A stretch of DNA of 63,330 nt, filler included, from Dimorphilus gyrociliatus (Eukaryota; Animalia; Annelida): NCBI GenBank assembly GCA_904063045.1. It is 8 parts of 7 records of this genome, joined end to end, with 100 filler letters (N's around TTAATTAATTAA, not from the genome) between each part and the next. Parts side by side here need not be neighbours in the genome. Positions count along the whole stretch, not along the records: positions 41,446 to 53,510 come from CAJFCJ010000230.1; positions 53,611 to 55,920 come from CAJFCJ010000304.1; positions 56,021 to 58,462 come from CAJFCJ010000339.1; positions 58,563 to 61,460 come from CAJFCJ010000234.1; 4 more parts are not named here. One strand, given 5' to 3'. A program made the position numbers and the translations under genes. A model generated the notes under the pieces. It saw nothing but the letters and a program-made list of their open reading frames with translations, had not been told where the DNA came from and did no database searches. Below, piece after piece: positions 46,813 to 58,899 of the stretch. Positions within the stretch are counted from its first letter, which is position 1; each line of letters opens with the position of its first letter.

Positions 46813-48615
46813 TGTTGCAACAAAAAGTGTCCGGCCTTAAATAGCGTTTATTTATAAAAATAAAGTGATTTGTAAACTTTTTTATTTTTTTTCAATTATA
46901 AATTTACTAAAAAGAGTAAGAGCTTCGTGACAAAAAGTGTCCAGGTAATTTAATAGGGGTCTCTTTTAATAAATTAATAGGGAAAATGGATAAATGTCAA
47001 TGGCTGACAAAAAGTGTCCGGGGTATTTTTTTAGAGATTTTACCAACATTATAAAGTAAATTTAATAGATATTATGATTTTAATTAAAAAAATAGTTTTT
47101 CTGAATTTTTAGATAAAAATTTACTTAGAAAGTATCCCATGTCTACAAATTTATTAATTGAGAACGATGAAGAAAAAAATAATATAATTATTTATCTATC
47201 TAATAAAACATATCCTATGAACTTTGACGATTCCCAAAAGAGAGTGTTACGTAGGAAGTGTAAAAACCTAGTGTTAAGAAATGGACTATTGAAGATGGTT
47301 GATGATAGGATAGAGAAAGATATAATTCTAATATCAGAAATAAATAAAAGAAAAGAAATAATAATGGAAAAGCATAATGTTGATCATGCCCGGGGAAGAG
47401 TTGTGTTTAATATAGTAAGACAAAGATATGTGGGGATTACCATAAATGATGTTAATAGTCTTTTAGAAAGCTGTGAAAATTGTTTAAGGGAGACGCCTCC
47501 AGCTTTTGCTGAATATATTACACCTATAATACCATCATATCCAAGGGAAAGGTTAATAGTTGATACTGTTGATCTCAGTGTATATTCCCAACATAACAAT
47601 GGATTGAAATACGTTTTCACAATGATTGATAGTTTTACTAAATTTGGATGGGGTTACACGGCTAATAATAAGAACTTAGAGATCTTCTCTGCTATTCTAG
47701 AACAGCACTTTTATAAAGAAGGAACGTAGGAAATTTTTCATAGTGATAATGGAGGTGAATTCAGAAACAATAGAGTAGAGAGTATTTTAACTAGATTTAA
47801 TGTAACTTCTACGCATGGCAGACCATATCATCCCCAATCACAAGGGCAAGTTGAGCGTTTTAATCGTACAATTAAATCGAGAATAAGAAAATCTTTTGGC
47901 TTTAACCAATTTGATTGGCATAATCATATTGATAGGATTGTATATTATTATAATAATACAGCTCATGGAAGCACAGGAATCAAACCATTTCTGTTATTTA
48001 AAGGATTCGATAACGAGCTGTTGAATAATATGAATACAACAACTTTCTCTGATGAAGCAAGATTAAGTTTATTAAACTATGTAGAAACATATCGCAGAGA
48101 GTTTTCCATTAGATCATCTCAGCAAATAAGAATACGGGATAGAGTATTACTGGTTAAGCCATATAGTCCAACTATAAGAAGACGGGCTCTTGAATCACTT
48201 TATTTTAATAATATTTATGTAGTTGAAGAAATAAATGGTGAGAGAATCGTTATTAAAAGGCAAAACTCTGAAGAGACAAAACAAACTTCAATACGCTGTG
48301 TGAAGAAAATTATCTAAAAAATTCAGAAAAACTATATTTTTAATTAAAATCATAATATCTATTAAATTTACTTTATAATGTTGGTAAAATCTCTAAAAAA
48401 ATACCCCGGACACTTTTTGTCAGCCATTGACATTTATCCATTTTCCCTATTAATTTATTAAAAGAGACCCCTATTAAATTACCTGGACACTTTTTGTCAC
48501 GAAGCTCTTACTCTTTTTAGTAAATTTATAATTGAAAAAAAAATAAAAAAGTTTACAAATCACTTTATTTTTATAAATAAACGCTATTTAAGGCCGGACA
48601 CTTTTTGTTGCAACA
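46813..48615 (+). mobile_element. Ginger-like DNA transposon: Gypsy-type integrase between ~300-bp TIRs
   Basis: TGTTGCAACAAAAAGTGTCCGG... and ...CCGGACACTTTTTGTTGCAACA. The TIR motif AAAAAGTGTCC occurs x3. No RT, RNase H or gag. Confidence 0.9.
47139..48317 (+). pseudogene. Integrase-type transposase (HHCC + DDE), intact except for one TAG at 47727-47729
   Basis: HNVDH...CENC, ERLIVD, IDSFTKF, EGT*EIFHSDNGGEF, HGRPYHPQSQGQVERFNRT. ORFs 47139-47729 and 48021-48317 share one frame. Confidence 0.9.
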
Positions 48616-49685
48616 ATTAGGAGGGACATTTGTGAGTTTTGAAAAAAAAAGCTTTGAACCTTTTTTTGTTATATCATTGAGAGAAAAATATAAAGTTATA
48701 AAAAAAAAGTTATCCAATAAACGTTTAATAAAAAATTATGGTTATGAATAAATGTTTATTATAACAATTGAGTATAACTCCACTAAATGAGTTTAACTGA
48801 AAAATATAAATAATATAGTCTTTGGGAGTTTTAAGTTTGAGCCATTTTTTTGTCCCCAACTGTATCTACTACACAATTCAACCATATTATTATTTATAAA
48901 CTCACGACCATTATCCGTATGTAGTATAACCCATGGCCTTTCAATTCTAAATATATTTACAAAAATATTGCATACTGCTGAAGCTTCTTTATTTTGCAAT
49001 TTGTAGCTGAATACGTATTTTGAGAAACAATCTATCAAACTAAGTATGGTACCTATATCCTTCATTAAACTCTGCATATCTAGATAAATCGATTATATCG
49101 GCTTGTAATCTTTCATGCACACTATATACGACTATAGGTTTAATTGGCGCTATATTAGATATAGGGACTACTCTCCGACATCCTTCACACGATGAAATAT
49201 AATTTTTTATATGAGACTCTGTAATATTAGCATAATGGGCTTCTATATTCTACTTTATTTTTCTAGAACAAAGATGACCGGATAAATGAAATTGTTTGAT
49301 TATAGTGCTTCTTCCTTCATCATAGCTGTATATATACTTTCTAATTTCTGGTCCTTTCTTTAAATGTAACTCATTGTTTTTTATTAAAAACTGTTGTGCT
49401 TTAGCTTTAAATGCTCGTTTTTGGTATTTACTAAGACCATTAGGATATATCGTATTTCTTAAATAATCAATTAACTGATATTTTTTAGTAGAAGTATTAA
49501 TATTAAGAGTTTTTGGCATGGAACAAAAAAATGTCAAAAATTTTTAAAATATATTTTTTTATAATGAAGATCGTATTACAAGAATTGAATATATGATGCA
49601 TCATCACAAATATGCGAAAAAATATTTATTAAATTAAAATTGTTATAGTTTTAAGAATTAAAAAATGTGTTGATATAATACTTTT

Positions 49686-50780
49686 GGCTAAGTGGGCTTC
49701 TCAGTCCCATATGCTAATAGACCTTAACTTTAAAAATTTAACCCTTCTTTTTTGAACGAAGGGAAGAAAAAAAGAGTTAAATTTTTAAAGTTAAGGTCTA
49801 TTAGCAAGCATAATACAATAAATTAGGATGGTTTATGTTTTCTGCTAGTAAATAAATAATAGTAATTAAACTTTTTTATTAAATTATTAGTGAGTTTATA
49901 AGAAAATCTAAATCAACAATATTGTTTTTCTTGAACATTAAAAATATAAAAATATTCTTATTAATTTTTTTGTTCTATATCTAGGTCTTATCATTAACTT
50001 GACACCATTCCAAATACCTTCTATTGTATTAGTATGTGCACCTGTCGTGGGATCTTTATAAAATTTAGTTTGGTTTACTCTTTTATGTGTATATCCTAAA
50101 CATTTTAGGTTTTTGTAACCTTTCCAGCAATCTGTCATTATAATAGAACCTTTTTCAACATTTTTTTGAATATAATAGGTAAGTTCATCAGCTTTTTTTG
50201 TTTTTAAAGGTATCATAATTACTGCACCAGTATCTTTTTCAACCATGCCTAAAACACATACACCCTTCACCTTATGTCCTTTATTATACTTTCTTCTACC
50301 AAATTTGCTCTCTTCTATTTCTACAATCTTATCTTCGCCTCCTATTTGCTTGAATTCATTCAAAATATTATACTGATTTTTTCTATACCAGTTAACTATC
50401 ACTTTTTTAATCGTCCTCTTTATTGTATTTGTATAATTACAGATGGTTTTAATGTCTGTACCTAGTAATACATTGTAAATTATATCAAAAACAGTGGTAT
50501 AAGATATATTACAATTTTCGAAGGGTATACCTTGTAGCCTTGTAGATTCATGTCTACAAAATGCCCCATTACATCGAAATATTAATTTTTTATTGGCATA
50601 CCACCTTCCCTTTCCACCACATTTTTTACAGATTATTGATTTAAAGTTGAAATTAAGGTATATTTTCATAGTATGTGCTAATTTTTTTAAGTTTTTTTTC
50701 AAAATTTTGATCATTTTAGAAGGGTTAATTTTTTAAAATTAAACTCTATTAATATGTGGTACTGGAGAGCTACGAGATCC
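49686..50780 (-). mobile_element. Merlin/ISXO2-like transposon with 9-bp TSD
   Basis: Imperfect ~63-bp TIRs (GGCTAAG... and ...GAGATCC). AATACTTTT occurs on both sides (49677-49685 and 50781-50789). Confidence 0.92.
49938..50714 (-). CDS. ISXO2-like transposase (first catalytic Asp appears as Glu; C-terminus may be frameshifted)
   Basis: CKKC...C...C, VEIEESK, IMTDCWKGY and HTNTIEGIW. Confidence 0.85.
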   Translation of the reverse strand: MIKILKKNLKKLAHTMKIYLNFNFKSIICKKCGGKGRWYANKKLIFRCNGAFCRHESTRLQGIPFENCNISYTTVFDIIYNVLLGTDIKTICNYTNTIKRTIKKVIVNWYRKNQYNILNEFKQIGGEDKIVEIEESKFGRRKYNKGHKVKGVCVLGMVEKDTGAVIMIPLKTKKADELTYYIQKNVEKGSIIMTDCWKGYKNLKCLGYTHKRVNQTKFYKDPTTGAHTNTIEGIWNGVKLMIRPRYRTKKLIRIFLYF

Positions 50781-51195
50781 AATACTTTTAAATAAAGGTA
50801 CATTTTTTTACATTACTTGACAAATTTATTGATTAATAATTAAAAATATTTATTGAAAAATTTTATATTAAATTAGTAGGAATTATTTGTGGTAATTTGG
50901 TAGGGGCGTTTATTCGTCGTTACCAAAATAACAAAAAAGGGTTCAAAAATAATTAAAAAAAGTTTTTTAGTGGTAAATTAATAGGAAAACTAGGCGGCGT
51001 TTATTGGTGAGGGTTGTATTATTCGACCCTACAATATGTTTCCTCGCTATTCTTATAATCATATCTCCAGATAAAAACTTTTTTTAATTTTTGATGACCA
51101 AAAACCATTTTAAGAATTTTAATAAAGGTAATAGGACAAGCTGTTCATATAAATATTTTCAAAACCTTTTTACGAAAATTATAACGAATAATTTA

Positions 51196-52190
51196 TCATT
51201 CGAGTCGTATTTTATTGATCCTTACCTTTTTTAGCTCCGTTTTTAACCCAGAACCAAAATATAAAACATCTAGAATGTTAACCACAACTGCTGATAGAGT
51301 CACTAAAAAGGTATAACTTGCAGACGAATAATTAAAAAGTTGCCTTACAAGAATATTCGTATTAGCTATATTTACATATGTAAAATAAATATTTATTCCA
51401 CAGTTTACAAGAGCAAAGATTACTACTAATAAATTATAGATATAATATTCTTTTTTTTCATTCTCTCTTATTAAAAAATAAGAAATTAAATAAAGAATAG
51501 TAGTCATCAATCTTAAGATTGTTAATTTACCGTCTTAAAGTTCGATATAAAAATCAAACCAAAATATAACACTGATAATTGTAAAAATAGATCACGAATA
51601 ATACATGTCAGCATCCTTATTCTATATGCTTCTATATTAGAACTTTAATATTCACTTACTTATCATTAATGGATTCTGGCCTATTCTTTTATATACGTAC
51701 CAATTATATTCTATATCTTTTAAATCAATAAACATTTTTATTACAATAAAATCATATATTTTAATAGGTATTTGTATAAAAAACAGTGATGAAGTGGAAC
51801 CAACTACATTGTCGTTAGTTAGTATTTCTAGTGCTATGTATACTATGAAAATGTTATTGCTAATAGTCAAATATAAATATGCTTTTAAATAACTTATATT
51901 TTTGGCAGAGACACCTATAAAGACCCATATAGGTAAATATAATAATATCAATATATAACTTACGACTGAATATTCAAAATTAGGAATTTTTTTGGGAAAA
52001 AAATGTTTGCCCAGTAAATGCCGAATACCGTTAAGTAAAATTGAACAAGATTAGATGTGAAAATAGATGTCAAAATAAAACTTTCAGATCCAAAATTCAT
52101 GGCCAAACAAAAACTTTGATTTTTAAGTAATCTAGAATCTAATAAACTTAAAATACTAAAATAAATATAAGTGTAACTGAATGAGCTCAT
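51196..52190 (-). pseudogene. Fragmented multi-pass membrane protein
   Basis: Three adjacent hydrophobic ORFs (51960-52190, 51652-51951, 51196-51510) with successive TM-like segments, broken by stops and frameshifts. Confidence 0.55.
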
Positions 52191-52348
52191 ATGGTAACTA
52201 AGAAAATTCTTAAGACCAATTTACCAGTTCTAGATTTATAATATTAGAATTTATATAGAAATATAATTTAAGTTTTATTTATGAAAATGGTTCATATACA
52301 GATAAAAGAGTTTTGATTTCTACAACACGATTTAGTTAAAAAGGGAAC

Positions 52349-53510
52349 GGTTAATGTGGATTATAGTGGGTTTTTGAGATTATAGTGGGCTTTTGAAAAT
52401 TTTTAAGGACCCTCCCTTTAATAAATGTCATTTTCCAAAAATTTAAATTATATTATACCTGAAGCAGAAATATTTTCGTTTTTCACTATAAAAAATACAA
52501 ATTTACGTTCTGATTACTTTGAAACAATATTTGATAAAAAAGACCTACTTAATTTTATGGCACGCTGGCGTTTAATAAATAATCGACAAAAGTGCGATAG
52601 TTGTAGCATTTATATGTTTTTACATAAAGAAATAAAAATTATTGATGGATATAGATTTGTCTGTCGAATATGTAAGAAGAAACGCTCAGTAAGATATGGT
52701 AGCTTTTTTTTTAAATCACGTTTAAATTTAAAAACAATTCTAAAAATAATCCAAAAACTTCTATATGCAGTACAAAAAGAAGTTATAGCACATGACTCAG
52801 GTTTAGATCGAGCATCTGTAACTAAATGGGAAAAAATTATTTTAGAAGCCATAGCTTATAATATACAACAGAATACAAGCCAAATAGGCGGAATCAATGA
52901 AAATGGAGAACCTACTATAGTTGAAATGGATGAAAGCCTTTTCTTTAAAAGAAAATATAATAGAGGCAGATTGTTAGAACAGAGGTGGTATATAGGAGGA
53001 ATAGAACGGGGAACAAGCAACATATTTGTAATTGAGGTTCCTGATAGAAGAACACAAACGATAAAAAATATTATTTTAGAAAATATTTTACCAGGAACAA
53101 AGATTATAACAGATCAATGGAAAGCCTATAGATCTGCATTGGGACAGCTAGAAGATGAGCTACTACATGATACTATTAACCATGATAGATTCTTTGTAAG
53201 TCCAGATGATCCGGAAATACACACCCAAAACATTGAATGTTTATGGAGTGTTACGAAAAGGCATATAAGAAAACATACAAATTGTAAAGATTTGCAATTC
53301 TTTTATCTCTTACAATGTATTTGGTTTAAAAAGTTTGATAAATTTAAAAGATTGAATGAAATGTTTATTTTATTATCAAGTAATGCTTATGAAATCGAAT
53401 TTGACGGACTCAATTAAAATTCAATTTTTTTAATTTTTTTAATTTTTTAATTTTTAAAAATTTTCAAAAACCCACTATAATCTCAAAAACCCACTATAAT
53501 CCACATAACC
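52349..53510 (+). mobile_element. Merlin/ISXO2-like transposon, apparently complete
   Basis: TIRs GGTTAATGTGGATTATAGTGGG... and ...CCCACTATAATCCACATAACC, each with a duplicated ATTATAGTGGG unit. The right end abuts the linker, so the TSD cannot be tested. Confidence 0.93.
52425..53417 (+). CDS. Intact ISXO2-like (Merlin) transposase, 330 aa
   Basis: CDSC...CRIC Zn ribbon, VEMDES (D), IITDQW (D), HTQNIECLW (E). Confidence 0.93.
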   Translation: MSFSKNLNYIIPEAEIFSFFTIKNTNLRSDYFETIFDKKDLLNFMARWRLINNRQKCDSCSIYMFLHKEIKIIDGYRFVCRICKKKRSVRYGSFFFKSRLNLKTILKIIQKLLYAVQKEVIAHDSGLDRASVTKWEKIILEAIAYNIQQNTSQIGGINENGEPTIVEMDESLFFKRKYNRGRLLEQRWYIGGIERGTSNIFVIEVPDRRTQTIKNIILENILPGTKIITDQWKAYRSALGQLEDELLHDTINHDRFFVSPDDPEIHTQNIECLWSVTKRHIRKHTNCKDLQFFYLLQCIWFKKFDKFKRLNEMFILLSSNAYEIEFDGLN

Positions 53511-53610
53511 NNNNNNNNNNNNNNNNNNNNNNNNNNNNNNNNNNNNNNNNNNNNTTAATTAATTAANNNNNNNNNNNNNNNNNNNNNNNNNNNNNNNNNN
53601 NNNNNNNNNN
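53511..53610. other. Artificial contig linker
   Basis: N44-TTAATTAATTAA-N44. Confidence 0.98.
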
Positions 53611-54303
53611 ATATGCATATTTATAAGGGAATTATTAAATTATCTTTCTTTATAAGAAGTTGCTATAATAAAAAATTATCTGCAATAACTAAATATCTAT
53701 AAATTTCTATAATAAACCTAATTTAATGTTTGCGTTATACATGTTTATTAATTATTTAAATATATTTTTTGAACTATTCAAGTATCATAGCTTCAAAATC
53801 TCAAAGTGTCAGGTTTCGTAGTAAAAAATAAAAGAAAAAAAACCTATAAAGTTAGAAATAGGCTATAATTTCTATACTTCATCTAACCTTAAGGAAATAT
53901 CGATAAAGTTCTATTCTACTTTTCATTACCAGCCTATGCTGTTCACATTTGTACTGTCAACAAAAAAATCTAATATATACAGACTACTTTAGCTCAAAGT
54001 GCTTCCTTTCTTCTTCAATACTATCTTTAGATATTCTTTTCTGTTATCAAATATTTTAAATATTATATTATTTGACACAATTTCTATATGAAAATGAAAT
54101 CATATTCAATGAACCGTTTCCAGCGTTTTCTATTTTCAATTTCCAAGTCGAATAAGACTTTTTCTTTAGAATATACCTTTTATTTTCTAATATGTTCATT
54201 TCCTATGCATATATTTGGCTAATGATGTAAAAAAATACAGAAAAAGGCAGAGTTTGAAGACTATATAAATACAGAAAGTCACAAGAATCCTACATACATA
54301 AAT

Positions 54304-55235
54304 ATGTCTAATATACCGGCTACAAAATCTAATGATGAAAACAATTTGTACGAGTACGTACCCGAAAAGCAGAAACGGCGCATCAAAGTGAATGTACATG
54401 AGAAAGTCATCAAAACTAGAAAACTAATACAAAATAAGAGGTTCTTATTTATTCTTTTTATAATAGTTCTCATAATCTTTATAGGAGGTTTAGTAGGTGG
54501 ATTAGTTGCTAACAAGAAAGATAACGGTTAGTTTTCACTTTAGATTATCTTTATAATCAGGATGATAATTATTTCATTTTCTTTTCAGAATCGTCTAATT
54601 ACAAAATATTCAAAAGTATAAAAAATAGAGATTTTAATACAAAAAAGAAATTTATTAATTGACATTTTGTTCTTTTTTTTTCAGTTTTTGCTTTATCGAC
54701 CATTTATATCAATATACCTTTTCGTAACGATTTTATGGTCAGATCGTCTGAGCCATACAAAAGTTTAACCAAGAATTTAAATAAAACCTTTTCTGACATA
54801 TTTGGAAACTCCAGTCATTCTATACTAAGAACATTTACTCAGATATCAAATGTTTACTTCTATGGAAATACAATGGCTGACTTTGAAATTACTTTTTCAC
54901 CTACACATCAAGCAAAAGGATTATTAATTAATAGTGAAATAACAAAGCAAGTGATGCGTTCTAAGCAGAAAAGTTTAACAAATCAGTTAAACTTTAATAT
55001 CATTCACTTTAATGTTACAAGAATAAACTACGATTTCTGGCCTCAGGATATGTCAATGATGCTATCATCTACAACCCCTAAAAAAGAAAGTAACACGTTC
55101 ATCAACTCCAACGCAATTGCCTCAAAAACAGTACAACAGACATCACCTACAACAGACTTTTCAGAGAGAGTAACATCTTTTAATCAAACATTTGCAAATG
55201 ATATTAGTACATCTATTGTGTCTACAATGGTATAA
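54304..55235 (+). CDS. Type II membrane protein with a SEA-like domain and a Ser/Thr-rich stalk (multi-exon, 3' end uncertain)
   Basis: Cytoplasmic N-terminus, TM FLFILFIIVLIIFIGGLVGGLVA, a donor site at ~54529, then Y..DF..RSSEPYKSL...FSDIF...ADFEITF (SEA-like) and an S/T-rich region. Confidence 0.65.
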
Positions 55236-55920
55236 GACATAAATCTTTTTTACCAACTAAAAAATAACAGTGTCGAACGTTCAAAGAGAATTACAGAACA
55301 GTCTTCGGAGATAGTAACCGCTAATGATAACCCGTTAGATTTTTGTTATCATATTCCTCATTGAAGTTAAAAAACATGATACAATTTTAACAAAACATAT
55401 AAGTTTGATAATGTTAATTGTTCATAAACATTTATTATTAATATGAAATATAATCATACTTTTCAATTCATTGAGAAGATATCATGAGATACCACAAAGT
55501 TAAATAATTCTCATAGTATTAGATATTCATCCATAAGCTCCTTGTAAGCTAAGTACACGATTGTTCCTAGCAGGGTTTTGTTAAAAAATTTAAAGTAACT
55601 ATATTTAGAATGGAAACGTAAATCATCAAATAAAGACTTACTATTATTCCAAAAAAATAATTGTAGAAAGCTGGAAAAGCAAAAAGACATACCATTCTCT
55701 TTGCATAAGTATGGTTAGTAAATATCCAACAAACACTATCATTTTTCCAGTATGCAGCAGTCTATTATTTAAAGAAGCTATTACATTTTTAAAACTATTT
55801 GAATTAGCTGAACAAAAAATCTATCAAATTTTTGACAAAAAAGCAACAAAGTTTATCCACCGAACAAAGTCCCTTTAACATGTTATTTTTACAAATATCC
55901 AATACACAACTTCTCCGAAC

Positions 55921-56020
55921 NNNNNNNNNNNNNNNNNNNNNNNNNNNNNNNNNNNNNNNNNNNNTTAATTAATTAANNNNNNNNNNNNNNNNNNNNNNNN
56001 NNNNNNNNNNNNNNNNNNNN
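55921..56020. other. Artificial contig linker
   Basis: N44-TTAATTAATTAA-N44. Confidence 0.98.
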
Positions 56021-57402
56021 TCTAAAGATGAAAAAGAAAGAAGTGTAGTTTATAATCAATCAACATGACAAAGAATGTATAACACAGTTAAAGAGGATGC
56101 GATAGAAAACGTTCATAAATGGAGAATTTTACCCTAAGCCAGATGTTGTCAATTATCCTCTATCTATAAATAATCCTGTATTATCTATAAATTTGTGCTT
56201 TCATGTTACTTACAAATTCTCATTTGACTTCATTAAAATTTTACAAGCGTTGTTTCTTTTCTTTCCATCATTTTTTCGTTTATATTATATAGATTAATAA
56301 TGTTTTCTTATGAACCTATTAATAGAATGTTTGATTATTGATAGAATATGAAAACTCGTTCAATCATTCCCTGTCACCATTTTTATTTCAAGATGGCAAA
56401 TAGAGAAAATTTCTACTTTCACTTTTGTTTTGTATACAATTTTTTTTTGTTTTACAGGTTAAAACTTTTCTATTCTGGAAGATTTTTGTTGTAGAAAGAT
56501 TTAACAGCATTTCTTTGTCAGTAATTAATGTTAATTGGAATTTAACTATATCCATGTTATGTTATTGAAATCATTGTTATTCAGAATGAAAACTTTTATC
56601 GATCTCATTCAAACTATCACACCTATTAGGTTTTTAAATGAATGTGAAAACATACCTAATCTCTAAGTAGCCTACTGAAACAACATAAAAAAGAGAGTGA
56701 GTTTACAAATCAGTATCCATATATTGTGAATCAAGTCAACAGTCATAGATGTGAAGAAATTCGTGCAGTACTGAATGACCTGCCAATGCATTCTTTAGGT
56801 AGCGAGCACTTGCGAATGACATAAGCAAATATATTCTATAAATAGAATAAAAATTTCGTTTATCGGCTGAAAAATAAGTAGATTTTCTAGAGTTTCTTAT
56901 AAGAAATATTCACTCTAACCAGCTAAGACAGTAGCTATCAGGTCAGTAGAAAGACAACTTGACCGCTTCAACGTCTTACTCTTCCTATTGATTTGCGAGT
57001 GCGGTAAGAAGAAATTGATTGATTTTGTAGTTTTGTATTTAGATCATGTAGGCTTAATACTAAATTTTCTTTTCTTTTACGATTTAATTAAAGGAGGAGA
57101 GACAACCATTTACTGTTGTAATAAATAATCAAAACTCCTTAAAAAATCTCTGTCTCTCTAGTTGATGTTAAAAAAATGTTTGATTGTATCAACTGCACAA
57201 TGTGTATTAAGATGAAAACAGGACACAAAATATATACAATTTAATCACAGATGACTCATTTTGACCAAAATTTTCAGTTAAAAAAATTCTCTTATTAGTT
57301 ATGGAATGCTCTCAAAGTTTTCTTGAATTCGCCAGATACCATGGTAACTGATTATACATTATATAATAAAATACTTGTTTTATATTATTTGGTTTTTGGC
57401 AG

Positions 57403-58386
57403 AAAATGTTACCAGTTTTACATTTTCACCAGTGAATGAAAGTTTATTGGATGATCCTGATCTATTAAAAGAAATAGACGCTGGAGTTAGTTAATGTATA
57501 TTTTTTGTTCATATTCATGGGTTTAGTTTATTTTCAATTTTTCAGTTGACATTTGACACAAGAGGAAGAAATAAGGTTATCATAATTGCAATGACAGACA
57601 AAAGGAAAGTAGATACGGCTTGCGATTTGATCAATCTTCGGTCTGTGTTTGGTAGTTTAAATTATGAAATAGAAGAATGGAGAGATATTAATACAGAAAT
57701 GTTGATTGAAAATATTGAAAATTTTAAGAATAGTGAAGAGAATCATTGTGATGAAAGTAATTCAATCAAATCATTAATTGTTATTGTTATGTCACAAGGA
57801 AACAAAAATTCAATTTTGTTAAAAAATAATAGCTATATAACATTTGAAGATTTATTAAATCAATTTGATTTATCGTCCATTTCTCAATTGGAAAATATTC
57901 CAAAAATTTTTATTTTTCAAAACCACAGACAAACAACAGGTTTTTGTTTAGTTTTCTATTTTTAACTTTGAATTATTATATAATTTTTTACATATATCAA
58001 AAATAGGTCAAGTGGACCAAATTTGTGTGTCAAACACTTGTCAGTCATTTACTGAGGGAAGAAATTGCGGATTTTTTATACTCTATTCAACAATTCCAGG
58101 TATATGAATTTATTTTTAACAGGCAGACAGAGATTACTCATTGTGAATATTTTTAAACATAGACACACACTCTTCTCAAATAGTGAAAGGTAGCCTTTTC
58201 ATAAGAGGATTCATAATGGCTATGTGTTATTTACAAAACAGCAAGAAGAGATATATAAATAACATTTCAAAATATATAAATTATTGGATGAATGAAATAT
58301 CAACAGATAATATGGATTTCATTCAACAAGTACAAACTATTGACAAGAATTATTTCTTCTTTCCACAAATGAAGAAAAACCAATAA
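57403..58386 (+). CDS. Caspase-fold (C14) protein lacking the catalytic His and Cys
   Basis: Exons ~57546-57939, ~58006-58100 and ~58163-58386 give DLINLRSVFGSLNYEI, VIVMSQG, PKIFIFQNHR, FFILYSTIP, GSLFI and YFFFP. Upstream exons are uncertain. Confidence 0.8.
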
Positions 58387-58462
58387 GGAGTGCTTGATTG
58401 TAATCTCTCTTTTCTAATTTGTTGGTTAAAAACAGTATCCCCTCTGAGATGTAGCAGTGTTA

Positions 58463-58562
58463 NNNNNNNNNNNNNNNNNNNNNNNNNNNNNNNNNNNNNN
58501 NNNNNNTTAATTAATTAANNNNNNNNNNNNNNNNNNNNNNNNNNNNNNNNNNNNNNNNNNNN
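58463..58562. other. Artificial contig linker
   Basis: N44-TTAATTAATTAA-N44. Confidence 0.98.
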
Positions 58563-58899
58563 GTAATTGTAGGAATTTCTGCTTCTTCGGAACAGTATTT
58601 GTCCTTTCCAATCATTTATCAACTTACCAAACTACTCACACAAATAGAACCTTTCAAGTTCGTCCACAAGTAGTCTTAACAAATGTAATTTCAGTAGAAA
58701 TTAATCAACAAAATGGCAGTATTGCTTGGGTTCAAGTGGTCAAAGGATCACAAAGTTAAAATTTGATGGTCTCATAATTCTCATGTAAAAAAATATGAAA
58801 GACTGTTATATCACACATATAAAATATAATGCCAAACATGTGCCACAGTAAACAAACACTAATACTGTATCCTCTAGTACACAATGTTGGATTATAGAT

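Larger units (their letters stand above)
48793..51033 (-). mobile_element. Second Ginger-like element, 3'-truncated, with a Merlin nested upstream of its ORF
   Basis: Integrase pieces 49250-49537 and 48793-49077 (H..H...CEGC, ERLQAD, IDCFSKY, PWVILHTDNGREF). The putative terminus TGTAGGGTCG lies at 51033 on the minus strand. Confidence 0.7.
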
